A stretch of 64,000 bases of DNA from Methanobacteriota archaeon (lineage in GTDB: Archaea; Thermoplasmatota; Poseidoniia; MGIII; CG-Epi1). Below are positions 42,344-51,022 of the stretch, one piece after another; the stretch's first letter is position 1; each line of letters opens with the position of its first letter. The stretch is taken from NCBI GenBank assembly GCA_014240255.1, contig JAAZXG010000003.1, positions 7,087 through 71,086 on the forward strand. The letters are read 5' to 3'. Under the pieces are notes generated by a model. The model ran no database searches. It was given only the letters and a program-made list of their open reading frames with translations, and was not told the origin of the DNA. Made by a program: the position numbers and the translations under genes.

Positions 42344-43519
42344 GTGGAAATTGTAGATGTTGCAGTAGTAGGTGGTGGTCCTGCAGGTTCATCAGCTGCT
42401 CGAGAGGCTTCTGAAAGAGGTCTTTCGGTGTTGCTTTTTGATCATGCACATCCTCGGAGAAAGGCCTGTGGCGGAGGTTTACCAGTTAAGGGAATTGAGT
42501 GGATGGATGCGCCAGATAGTGCAATTGAATGTGAAATGAGTTCAATTTCCTTTACTTATAATAAAACAAAACTCAAGATTCCGGTAAATACAGGTAAACT
42601 GATTAGAAGAGATGATTGGGATTTTTATTTGTATAATCGAGCCAAAGAAGCAGGTGCTGGACACGTTGTTGAAAGAGTTAAATCATTAACTTTTAAAGAT
42701 GAAATTTGGACAATTAATGAAAAATATAAAGCAAAATATATTATTGGAGCTGATGGCGTAAATGGATTTACACGTAGACACTTTATGGAAAAAATCTCTA
42801 GAGATAATCTGTTTGCAGCAGCAGGATATTATTTAGATATTAAGCCGACTGAAAATGAAGTCGAATTTATTGTTGGCGCTCTACCTGGAAAGGAAGGCTA
42901 TCTGTGGGTTTTTCCTAAGAGTGATCATTACAATATTGGCTATTGTTATAATGCCGGAACTCCAGGTATGAAAGATGCCTTACATAAATTAATGCAAGAA
43001 AGGTGGCCTGGTGAGTTTGTAGAAAATAGTAAATGGAAATTATCCGAAACTGGAGAAATAATTGACTGTAAGCAATTCGGTTCAGCCATACCTTCCTATA
43101 ATGATCCTAAACTTTTTGATGTTCCTGTTTCAGGTGAAACATGGGTTTTGTGTGGTGACGCAGCAGGGCATGTTAATCCAATTCATGGTGAAGGTTTGAA
43201 TCATTCAGTGTTGGGAGGTCGTTTGGCAGCTAAAGCAGTATCTAAAAAAGATCCAACTCTTTTTGAAAAATATTGGCGCTCTCATTATAGCCGAGACATG
43301 TATCGGGCAGCTAGTACTAAGCACAAAATATATCGTTCTTTCTTCATGCGTGTTGGTTTTGCATTGGGCCGTACTCCTGCAATGTACGATATGTTAGCTA
43401 GCCTTACTAGGGGCGAATATGAGGGTAAAGCCACACGTTCATTCTGGGTTAAGCTTCCTCTTGCCTTACTCCAAGCTACTTTTGGTATGAAGCATAAAGC
43501 TCTCAAAGCTATAACCTAA
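42344..43519 (+). CDS. Geranylgeranyl reductase family FAD-dependent oxidoreductase (GTG start)
   Basis: FAD-binding VDVAVVGGGPAGSSAAREASERGLSVLLFD, a CGGG motif, and 391 aa, matching the size of digeranylgeranylglycerophospholipid reductases. Confidence 0.8.
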   Translation: MEIVDVAVVGGGPAGSSAAREASERGLSVLLFDHAHPRRKACGGGLPVKGIEWMDAPDSAIECEMSSISFTYNKTKLKIPVNTGKLIRRDDWDFYLYNRAKEAGAGHVVERVKSLTFKDEIWTINEKYKAKYIIGADGVNGFTRRHFMEKISRDNLFAAAGYYLDIKPTENEVEFIVGALPGKEGYLWVFPKSDHYNIGYCYNAGTPGMKDALHKLMQERWPGEFVENSKWKLSETGEIIDCKQFGSAIPSYNDPKLFDVPVSGETWVLCGDAAGHVNPIHGEGLNHSVLGGRLAAKAVSKKDPTLFEKYWRSHYSRDMYRAASTKHKIYRSFFMRVGFALGRTPAMYDMLASLTRGEYEGKATRSFWVKLPLALLQATFGMKHKALKAIT

Positions 43520-43581
43520 TGTATTCTGGATAGCTTTATTAAACCCGTTGAGTCGGACGGTTTCCTGAAGAGACATATAGT

Positions 43582-43860
43582 ATGAAATTACCACGACGAA
43601 TCAAGATGTATAGTCCATTCGCAAAGAAGCATACTCTTCACGAAGTTGAGGTTGTAAAAAAGAAGCGGGCATCTGAATTAGCAAGAGGTCAAAGACTTTT
43701 CAGGAGAGTTACAGCAGGTTATGGTGGTTTTCCAAGGCCTAAACCAGAAGGTAGAGAGAAACCAACTAAGAGAGTATATTTGAGATACAGATGTACGGAA
43801 ACAGGTAAAGCTCACCACAGGAAAAATTTTAGAGCTAAAAAGTTTGAGTTAACGGAGTAA
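43582..43860 (+). CDS. rpl44e: 50S ribosomal protein L44e, cysteine-depleted variant
   Basis: [23 protein letters not shown]...[26 protein letters not shown] aligns to the L44e family. The family's four zinc-ribbon cysteines normally sit at YCPHC and RCGEC; only one is retained here (YSPFA and RCTET). Confidence 0.8.
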   Translation: MKLPRRIKMYSPFAKKHTLHEVEVVKKKRASELARGQRLFRRVTAGYGGFPRPKPEGREKPTKRVYLRYRCTETGKAHHRKNFRAKKFELTE

Positions 43861-43862
43861 AA

Positions 43863-44039
43863 ATGGCAGGCCCACGTAGTAAATTTATTAAAGTAAAAAG
43901 CCCAGATAGCGATTATACTGTAGTGATATTTGATAAATGTGACTCTGTAGTCACAGATCCAGTTACAGGTTCAACGATAGCATTACCGACAGGCGGTAAA
44001 GCTAAGATTCTTGGAGAAATCCTCGAGGAACTTGAGTGA
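43863..44039 (+). CDS. rps27e: 30S ribosomal protein S27e, cysteine-depleted variant (58 aa; below the ORF-track cutoff)
   Basis: My own translation gives MAGPRSKFIKVKSPDSDYTVVIFDKCDSVVTDPVTGSTIALPTGGKAKILGEILEELE. The family pattern KFIKVKCPDC...VVKCxxCG...PTGGKA is matched, with the CxxC pairs replaced by SPDS and TDPVTG. Confidence 0.75.
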   Translation: MAGPRSKFIKVKSPDSDYTVVIFDKCDSVVTDPVTGSTIALPTGGKAKILGEILEELE

Positions 44040-44809
44040 GTCCCCAGGGCAGTCCAGAAGAAGGTGAATACGTAATAGGGCGAGTTATTGAAGTTAAAGA
44101 TTTTGGAGCAACATTAAATTTATTGGAATTTTCAGAACGCAAGGCCTTTGTACATATTTCGGAAGTTGCTTCAGGTTGGGTAAAATATATTCGAGATTTT
44201 ATTCGTGAAGGGCAAATGGTTGTTGCTAAAATAACAAGAGTTAAGGATGGAAGTAAGATTAGTGATGCTTCGGTTCGTCAAGTTTCAGGACACCGGAAAC
44301 AAGAAAAAATAAGAGATTGGAAAAATGAGCAGAGAGCTTCGAAATTATTAGAATTAGTTTCATCTCAGTCTAATCTAGATCATGAAAAATTAGTTGACGA
44401 AATAAAGAATGATATGATTAATGCTTATGGAAGTATGTATTCTGCTTTTGAAAGTTCATTGATGGATGAATCTTTGTTTAAGAAAGAATGGAAAGGTAAA
44501 TGGGTTGATAATTTTATTAAAATTGCAATTGATAATGTCACACCTCCCTATGTTTCTATAGGTGGTAAATTTGATTTAGTATCTCAAGATCCTAAGGGCG
44601 TTGAAAAGGTTAAATCTGCATTAATGAAACCTTCTGCAGTTAATGAAAATACTCTTTTGAAGATATCTACTAATGGCTCTCCTTCATATCGTATATCTAT
44701 TAAGGCACCTAATTACAAACAGGCTGAAGATGAATTGAAATTGGCCGTTGATTTAGTTCTTAAGACATTTAAGTCCGATGGTGGCATAGGTTCATTTGAG
44801 AGGTCTTAA
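44036..44809 (+). CDS. eif2a: Translation initiation factor 2 subunit alpha
   Basis: S1 domain PEEGEYVIGRVIEVKDFGATLNLLEF...AFVHISEV, 257 aa. The GTG start overlaps the S27e stop. Confidence 0.8.
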   Translation: MSPQGSPEEGEYVIGRVIEVKDFGATLNLLEFSERKAFVHISEVASGWVKYIRDFIREGQMVVAKITRVKDGSKISDASVRQVSGHRKQEKIRDWKNEQRASKLLELVSSQSNLDHEKLVDEIKNDMINAYGSMYSAFESSLMDESLFKKEWKGKWVDNFIKIAIDNVTPPYVSIGGKFDLVSQDPKGVEKVKSALMKPSAVNENTLLKISTNGSPSYRISIKAPNYKQAEDELKLAVDLVLKTFKSDGGIGSFERS

Positions 44810-44964
44810 TGCAAACATTAATTTTTCAATGTAAAAAGTGTAAAACTTTTACGACTTTAGATAAATGTAATGATTGTAATCTTTCAACTATAAATCCATT
44901 GCCTCCTAGATATTCACCCCAAGATAAATATGGTAAGTATCGTCGCATGCTTAGGAAGGAATAA
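44809..44964 (+). CDS. nop10: H/ACA ribonucleoprotein subunit Nop10 (51 aa; below the ORF-track cutoff)
   Basis: My own translation gives MQTLIFQCKKCKTFTTLDKCNDCNLSTINPLPPRYSPQDKYGKYRRMLRKE: a CxxC...CxxC zinc ribbon followed by PxRFSPxDKY, the Nop10 signature. Its ATG overlaps the aIF2alpha TAA. Confidence 0.7.
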   Translation: MQTLIFQCKKCKTFTTLDKCNDCNLSTINPLPPRYSPQDKYGKYRRMLRKE

Positions 44965-45719
44965 TGACTTTTACCGAAATAGTTTGGACCAATGAGATTA
45001 AGTTAGAAGATGCTATTCTTCTTGAAGGTCTTCCAGGGGTAGGCAATGTTGGAAAATTAGCAGCAATGCATCTTATTGATGAGCTCAAAGCAAAAAAATG
45101 CATGGAAATTTATTCTTCTCATTTTCCACCACAAGTATTGATTGATGATGATGGAATTGTAAATTTAGTGAATAATGAGTTATACTATTATAAGAATAAA
45201 GAAGGTAGGGATTTACTTTTCTTGGTTGGAGAATATCAAGGAATGGATTCCTCAGGTCAGTATGATCTTTGTCAGAAATTAATAGAAATTGTCAAGGATA
45301 TAGGCGTTACTACAATTTATACGCTTGGAGGTTATGGGCTTGGTAAGTTAGTTCCCGAACCTCGGGTACTAGGTGCAGCAACTTCAAAAGAGATAGTAAA
45401 ATTGTTTAAGAAAGCAAATGTTGAATTTATTGATGGCGAACCAGGTGCCGGAATTGTTGGTGCTTCGGGTTTATTACTGGGTCTTGGTAAATTACAAGGC
45501 ATTCATGGTGGTTGTTTAATGGGAGAGACTAGCGGATATATGGTTGATCCAAAGTCTGCCAGTATTGTTTTAAAATCACTTCAAAAATTATTGGGTGTAA
45601 AAATTAATCTTAAAGAATTAGAAGAAAGAGCCAAACAGGTCGATTCAATAACGAATCAATTAAAAGATATAGATGCTAAAGAATCCATTGATAAACCAGA
45701 TGTTAACTACATTGGTTAA
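44964..45719 (+). CDS. PAC2-family proteasome assembly chaperone-like protein (COG1938)
   Basis: LLEGLPGVGNVGKLAA and GEPGAGIVGASGLLLG glycine-rich segments are typical of PAC2/PbaA-like proteins. It is the last gene of the conserved L44e-S27e-aIF2alpha-Nop10 operon, and its ATG overlaps the Nop10 stop. Confidence 0.55.
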   Translation: MTFTEIVWTNEIKLEDAILLEGLPGVGNVGKLAAMHLIDELKAKKCMEIYSSHFPPQVLIDDDGIVNLVNNELYYYKNKEGRDLLFLVGEYQGMDSSGQYDLCQKLIEIVKDIGVTTIYTLGGYGLGKLVPEPRVLGAATSKEIVKLFKKANVEFIDGEPGAGIVGASGLLLGLGKLQGIHGGCLMGETSGYMVDPKSASIVLKSLQKLLGVKINLKELEERAKQVDSITNQLKDIDAKESIDKPDVNYIG

Positions 45720-47608
45720 GTTGTATTAATTGATTCTAAATTAAATAAAACCAATCCATCTTTAGCATCTACACCAGCTAATTTTCGATATTCATTTTCA
45801 GAATTGTCATTTCCCTTCTTTTCCAAAAAATAGGCATAACTTCCGGCAGTACTAACATCAATATTACTTGTATAATAGTCAAGATTCAATTCAAGATTTC
45901 CTTGACTCAAATCACTTATTATTAGGGCATAATTTAGTCCTCCACCTAGGTCAAATATAGATGTAGGTGATACGAGACTTTGCTTGGAAACTAAATTCTG
46001 ACCTAATGATAATTCAACTTTGTTGTAATTCACATTTTGGGAATCCACGGCCCAATTACTTATTTCTCCAAAATTGGTCATAACTTCTTCAGCAGAACAG
46101 ACTGTAAGAGGTTCAGGTATGTCATTCATTGTCATAATAGGATTATCAACAGTCTTTTCTTCTCCTGTGATATTTTCGTTATACTGTAAATTCCAGCCAT
46201 CAACAGTTTGTTCTTGTTCACTATAATGAGCCATTGTAAAATTCCATGTTCCACTTGGTTCTGGATATTTTGCTTCTATAACAAAAGCACTTTCGTTAAT
46301 TGCAGAAGAGGGTCTTTCATCTAAATTTTTTTGATTAGTTATGTATTGGTTAAAATCATCTATCTCATTCGTTCCTTTCTCAATTCCTGTCTGTAAGTTG
46401 AAAGAAGAATTCAAACCACAATTTCCACTTCCAAATGCAGGTGCTCCATCTATCCATGGACTAAAGTCTCCAGTTTTTACTTTTGAATTACTTTTATAAG
46501 ATGTAGTGGGAATTTCGGTATGTCCTTTAATTTTTTTAGATACAAGTCCCTGATATTCAATATTAATTTTATACATTGTCTCCATAATTGAGCTCAAGTC
46601 CGAGCTTAAACTCATTTTAAATTTAAAAGGCATACTGCTAGTTTCGGTCATATAAAATTCAAATTTATATTCATAATGTCCTTGATAACCTGCAAATTCA
46701 GAGATAAGTGATGAACTTACAGTTAGTAACGCAGTTTCTTCATTATCTATTTTACCTCCATTATCCACTTTCCAATTAAATTCAATACCTCCTTCATCTA
46801 TTATTCCTTCAGTTCCCTCTGTTAATATTTTTCCAATATAGGCCTCGCCATGTGGTAGTAATCCAGGTTCGATATCTCTTGGGATCCAATCAGTCGCTCT
46901 TTGTAAATACCAAGTCTTTCCAGTTAGTATATCTGAATACGAGGCATTTGATTCGATTTCACTTCTAATATTTTCAAGAGAAGTTGGATCTACAAATTGT
47001 TTCTGTGATGTCAGAGCTTCGGCATTTTCAAAATTATTTGAACTAAAATCTCCTTCACGAGTTATTGTTCCATCAATATCTTCCAGATCTTGAATTAAAT
47101 ATTTTTCAAAACCATCTTGTTCATTACCATATCCATCAATTATCCCCGTCGGTGCGTTAATTCCTATTTGCAGTTTTCCCGAAAAAATAAGGTTTAATTG
47201 ATTGATGATAATATCGTTATCAATGAATCCTAGTGGCAATGGAATATCAAGAGTACTTTCAAAGTTTATGCTGCCTTCAATATCATATGTCATTTGTTCT
47301 CCATATTTTTCATAAGGTACGTTCACTACTATATTTTGTTCCGCAAACAAAAAGAATAGAGTTCCAGTTAGAATAAGTATTACTGTTACTCCAATCGCCC
47401 CAATAGCCTTGATATTGATGCCTTCATTATTTTCAATTACTGGGACTGTCCAATTATCAGCTTCAGTAATTTTATTATCATTTAAGTTTAAATCATCATT
47501 AATTTCAGGTGAAGGTGAAGAAAGATCTAAGGCGTCTTCTTCTTCTCTATCTTCTTCTGTAATTTCGGAATTAGCACCCGAATTCCACAGTTCGTCATCC
47601 AAACTCAC
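45716..47608 (-). CDS. Large hypothetical exported protein with an N-terminal acidic segment and a single signal-anchor TM
   Basis: 630 aa. A D/E-rich N-terminus is followed by TM AIGAIGVTVILILTGTLFFLF and then about 540 aa of beta-rich, N/S/T-rich sequence with no recognised motif. Confidence 0.45.
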   Translation of the reverse strand: MSLDDELWNSGANSEITEEDREEEDALDLSSPSPEINDDLNLNDNKITEADNWTVPVIENNEGINIKAIGAIGVTVILILTGTLFFLFAEQNIVVNVPYEKYGEQMTYDIEGSINFESTLDIPLPLGFIDNDIIINQLNLIFSGKLQIGINAPTGIIDGYGNEQDGFEKYLIQDLEDIDGTITREGDFSSNNFENAEALTSQKQFVDPTSLENIRSEIESNASYSDILTGKTWYLQRATDWIPRDIEPGLLPHGEAYIGKILTEGTEGIIDEGGIEFNWKVDNGGKIDNEETALLTVSSSLISEFAGYQGHYEYKFEFYMTETSSMPFKFKMSLSSDLSSIMETMYKINIEYQGLVSKKIKGHTEIPTTSYKSNSKVKTGDFSPWIDGAPAFGSGNCGLNSSFNLQTGIEKGTNEIDDFNQYITNQKNLDERPSSAINESAFVIEAKYPEPSGTWNFTMAHYSEQEQTVDGWNLQYNENITGEEKTVDNPIMTMNDIPEPLTVCSAEEVMTNFGEISNWAVDSQNVNYNKVELSLGQNLVSKQSLVSPTSIFDLGGGLNYALIISDLSQGNLELNLDYYTSNIDVSTAGSYAYFLEKKGNDNSENEYRKLAGVDAKDGLVLFNLESINTT

Positions 47609-47664
47609 AATTGTTACGAATCGTTATTCTATTTTAGAGTAATGCTGGAATTATAACATCAATT

Positions 47665-47943
47665 TTATGATTTTATAATTGCTACAAGGAAAATAATGAT
47701 CCCGATTATTCCCCCTAACATCCCACCGAGGAAAGCAAGCATTCCATTCATAAACGACACACTAGGATGAGCGTCCATTCCCATTTCAGCCAAGTAGTAT
47801 GCCAATCCAGCACCAACAATTAGGAATACGAATCCAATGTTTCTGGTTTTGCTACTTCCGTAATAGGCTATGAGTAATCCCATACCTAACATAGATAGCA
47901 TGGCACCAACAAAACCCATTGAGATTATTAGTTCAGTATTCAT
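47665..47943 (-). CDS. Small 3-TM membrane protein, paralog of the upstream gene
   Basis: 92 aa; it shares AYYGSSKTRNIGFVFL with SYFGAGKSQKIGFGLL of the neighbouring gene. Confidence 0.4.
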   Translation of the reverse strand: MNTELIISMGFVGAMLSMLGMGLLIAYYGSSKTRNIGFVFLIVGAGLAYYLAEMGMDAHPSVSFMNGMLAFLGGMLGGIIGIIIFLVAIIKS

Positions 47944-48395
47944 TCTTTTTCCTCCGATTTTTCTTCTTTATTTTCAGTTTGATTTAGTTCTTCTTCGAGC
48001 TTTTTCAATTCTTCATCTAAATCCAAATCTTCAAGATCTTCTAAGTCCAAATCTTCTAAATCATCTACCGTATCTACTTTCATAAGAACAAAGAGTATCA
48101 TAAACATTCCTATTATCATTCCACTAAGTGCAGAAACTCCTGAGACTAATGCATCCTTGAATGTTGCACTTTCAAATTGATCAGGCATGATGCCTATTGT
48201 TCCAAATGCCATATCAATAACGAAAGTTAGAGTTATTATTCCTAAAAACAATAATCCGAAACCAATTTTTTGAGATTTCCCAGCTCCAAAGTACGAAGTA
48301 AAAATTCCAGTGCTCAGTAATGCGACTCCTATTCCAACAATTAACATAGATACAAAAAATTGCATTATGTCTAGATTATCAGTGCTCATGTCCAT
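47940..48395 (-). CDS. Small 3-TM membrane protein with an acidic DLEDL-repeat C-terminal tail
   Basis: 151 aa; three TM segments followed by DLEDLDLEDLEDLDLDEELKKLEEELNQTENKEEKSEEKE. It overlaps the downstream paralog by 4 nt. Confidence 0.4.
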   Translation of the reverse strand: MDMSTDNLDIMQFFVSMLIVGIGVALLSTGIFTSYFGAGKSQKIGFGLLFLGIITLTFVIDMAFGTIGIMPDQFESATFKDALVSGVSALSGMIIGMFMILFVLMKVDTVDDLEDLDLEDLEDLDLDEELKKLEEELNQTENKEEKSEEKE

Positions 48396-48471
48396 ATAAT
48401 AGACTCTTAAGTCGACCTTATAAATCTAACTATCATTCGATTATGTTTTTTCTCGACGATAGGGTGGTTAA

Positions 48472-48480
48472 GTATATATA
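48472..48480 (+). promoter_or_regulatory. TATA box (GTATATATA) about 35 nt upstream of the small-protein ATG
   Basis: AT-rich TATA-like element in the divergent intergenic region. Confidence 0.3.
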
Positions 48481-48513
48481 CAGTCTACTTCCTGTTAGCA
48501 TGGTGAATAACTA

Positions 48514-48744
48514 ATGGCTGAAGTAGTAGCTAACACAGGAGTAAGTAAAGATTCTGGATATTTATATTATCTAGGAAAAGACGGTAACGTATGGCGAACC
48601 AAAATGGCTCGTGGCGGAAAAAAGACTGGTGGAGGCCCAGAGATGGTGGCTTCAGCAGGCGTTACTCGAGAAGATGGATTTCTTTACTACATAGACAAAG
48701 GTGGAAATGTAGCAAGATCTCCAATGGCCCGCGGCCGCAAGTAA
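48514..48744 (+). CDS. Small basic protein made of two tandem ~30-aa repeats
   Basis: GVSKDSGYLYYLGKDGNVWRTKMARGGKK aligns residue-by-residue with GVTREDGFLYYIDKGGNVARSPMARGRK. The two units are joined by a glycine linker; 76 aa. Confidence 0.4.
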   Translation: MAEVVANTGVSKDSGYLYYLGKDGNVWRTKMARGGKKTGGGPEMVASAGVTREDGFLYYIDKGGNVARSPMARGRK

Positions 48745-48806
48745 GATTCCTCTCGAATCTTATAAATTTAGCCCTAGTATTTAGCTTGGGCTATCTTTTT
48801 TTTATG

Positions 48807-48893
48807 GCAGAGGTCGCTTAGCCCGGTATAGCGCCGGCCTTGAAAGCCGGTGGGATAATTCCCTCGGGGGTTCAAATCCCTCCCTCTGCGCCA
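48807..48893 (+). tRNA. tRNA-Ser (anticodon TGA); CCA encoded
   Basis: Acceptor GCAGAGG/CCTCTGC, anticodon stem-loop CCGGC-cTTGAaa-GCCGG, a long variable arm, T-arm GGGGGTTCAAATCCCTC, discriminator G, CCA. Confidence 0.85.
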
Positions 48894-48900
48894 CTTTGTA

Positions 48901-50838
48901 TTAAGCTAGTTCCAAAGTTTTGCTTCTAGAAAAACTTTCAGATTTAATTTCTTTGAGAAACTTTTCTAATAAGATGTCATTCTTTTGATTGCCATTTCGT
49001 GCCCTTATAGATATTGTATTATTCTTAACTTCATCATCTCCAACGATTGCCATATATGCGGGTCTCATTTTACGATGCATTCTTATTTTTTTACCAATAG
49101 TATGATCTGAATAATCAGCTTTTACTCGTATGCCTAAAGTTTTTAATTGTTTTTCAACTTGCATTGCATAGTCATTATGTTTTTCTGAAATAGTTATCAA
49201 TTGTACTTGGATTGGTGAAAGCCATGTAGGAAAGTTACCAGCCCAATTTTCAGTTAAGAAGGCTACAAACCGTTCATGTGTTGAGAGTGGGGCTCTATGG
49301 ATTACAAATACTTCATTATTTTCAGTGCCTGAGTCGTCCATAAATGTCAGTCCAAATCTCTCTTTAGCAGCGAAGTCTAATTGTATTGTAGACATCGATT
49401 CTTCTCTTCCCAAGAGTGTGGTAAATTGAATGTCGATTTTAGGGCCATAAAATGCAGCTTCGCCTATACTTTCTTCATATTTTACTCCTAGATCATTTAA
49501 AATTTGTCTAAGATGATTTTGGGATGTCTTCCAATTTTCGGGTTGGTCAATATATTTATCGGTATTTTCAGGATCCCATAATGATAATCTGAAGTGATAA
49601 TTATCAAATCCAAATGCTTCATAATAATCTTGAACCATTTTTATATTATTTTCAACTTCTTGCGCAATTTGTTCAAGAGTACAATAGATGTGAGCATCAT
49701 TCATAGATAGCATTCTGACTCGTAATAAACCAGATAATGTACCGGAGAGTTCATTTCTATATACAGTTCCATATTCTGCAATTCTCACTGGTAACTCGCG
49801 ATATGATCGTTTTTTATTACGATAAATTAAATGATGCATAGGACAATTCATAGCTTTGAGATAATAGGTTCCATCGTCCATTTTCATTGGAGGATACATG
49901 GATTCAGCATAGTGAGGAAGATGGCCGCTAGCTTCAAAGAGTTGTTTTTTGCCGAGTACTGGAGTTGTGACCTTTTCATAACCATATAGCTCTTCAGTTT
50001 CATTTGCAAATTTTTCAATTTCGTTCTTTAAGATTTCTCCATTTGGTAGCCATATCGGCAATCCTTTACCAATTAATTCATTAATCATATAGAGTTCCAT
50101 TTCTTTGCCTATTTTTTTATGATCTCTAAGGGCAGCTTCACGAAGTTGTTTTTCTCTTTCTTTTAAGTCATTTTTACTAGCATAACACATTCCATATATT
50201 CGAACTAGTGATTCACGATTCGAATCAGCTCTCCAATATGCTTGACTAGTACTTGTTAGTTTAAACCATTGTAATTTAGAGGTACTAGATACGTGAGGGC
50301 CTTTACACAAATCTATGAAATCGGCTTGTTTGTATGCCGATGAACCATTTTTTTGGCCGAGTTTATCATCTATTATTTCTATCTTAAATTGATTTTCAGA
50401 AAATATTTTTCTTAGAGTATTATTATCATGTTCTTCTCTTATAATACTAATATTTTGTTTTACCATTTCTTTCATTTTCTTTTCTATCTTCTTTAAATCA
50501 TCATCATTAATAGGATCCATATAGAAATCATAATAGAATCCATCATCTACAGGTGGTCCAATTGTTGGTTTTGCCTTTGGGAATAATTCTGTAACTGCTT
50601 GAGCTAAAAGATGAGCGCATGAGTGTCTTAGAATATAGAGTCCTTCATCTGAATCAGCTTTAATTAGGTCAATTTTACAATCTTTTAATAATTTATGTGA
50701 AAGATCATATTCTTTTTCTTCGATTAAAACAGCTACAGCTCCAGATTTACGGCCATACGTTTCCTTAACAACATCTTCAGCACTGATTCCACTATCAAAT
50801 TGTTTTGCTTCTTTATCTTCAAAATTAATTTTAATCAT
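48901..50838 (-). CDS. thrS: Threonyl-tRNA synthetase, bacterial/eukaryal-like architecture with N-terminal TGS domain
   Basis: 645 aa. TGS N-terminus, editing-domain HxxxH (HSCAHLL), class II core (YRNE, FHR...RAP) and anticodon-binding domain. Confidence 0.9.
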   Translation of the reverse strand: MIKINFEDKEAKQFDSGISAEDVVKETYGRKSGAVAVLIEEKEYDLSHKLLKDCKIDLIKADSDEGLYILRHSCAHLLAQAVTELFPKAKPTIGPPVDDGFYYDFYMDPINDDDLKKIEKKMKEMVKQNISIIREEHDNNTLRKIFSENQFKIEIIDDKLGQKNGSSAYKQADFIDLCKGPHVSSTSKLQWFKLTSTSQAYWRADSNRESLVRIYGMCYASKNDLKEREKQLREAALRDHKKIGKEMELYMINELIGKGLPIWLPNGEILKNEIEKFANETEELYGYEKVTTPVLGKKQLFEASGHLPHYAESMYPPMKMDDGTYYLKAMNCPMHHLIYRNKKRSYRELPVRIAEYGTVYRNELSGTLSGLLRVRMLSMNDAHIYCTLEQIAQEVENNIKMVQDYYEAFGFDNYHFRLSLWDPENTDKYIDQPENWKTSQNHLRQILNDLGVKYEESIGEAAFYGPKIDIQFTTLLGREESMSTIQLDFAAKERFGLTFMDDSGTENNEVFVIHRAPLSTHERFVAFLTENWAGNFPTWLSPIQVQLITISEKHNDYAMQVEKQLKTLGIRVKADYSDHTIGKKIRMHRKMRPAYMAIVGDDEVKNNTISIRARNGNQKNDILLEKFLKEIKSESFSRSKTLELA

Positions 50839-51022
50839 GGATATTTAGGTGCCTCTTCCGCCTATTAGTAAGTAGCCATTAATCCTTTGCCTACTAAAAA
50901 TAGTCTCTGAAAGAGATATTAGATAATTAGTCATAAATTAATTGTGGAAGCTTCCATTACAAAAAGTCTTCTATCAGGTAAATGCTTATACCTCATCTAC
51001 TGTGTGATTTTGGAGATAACCA

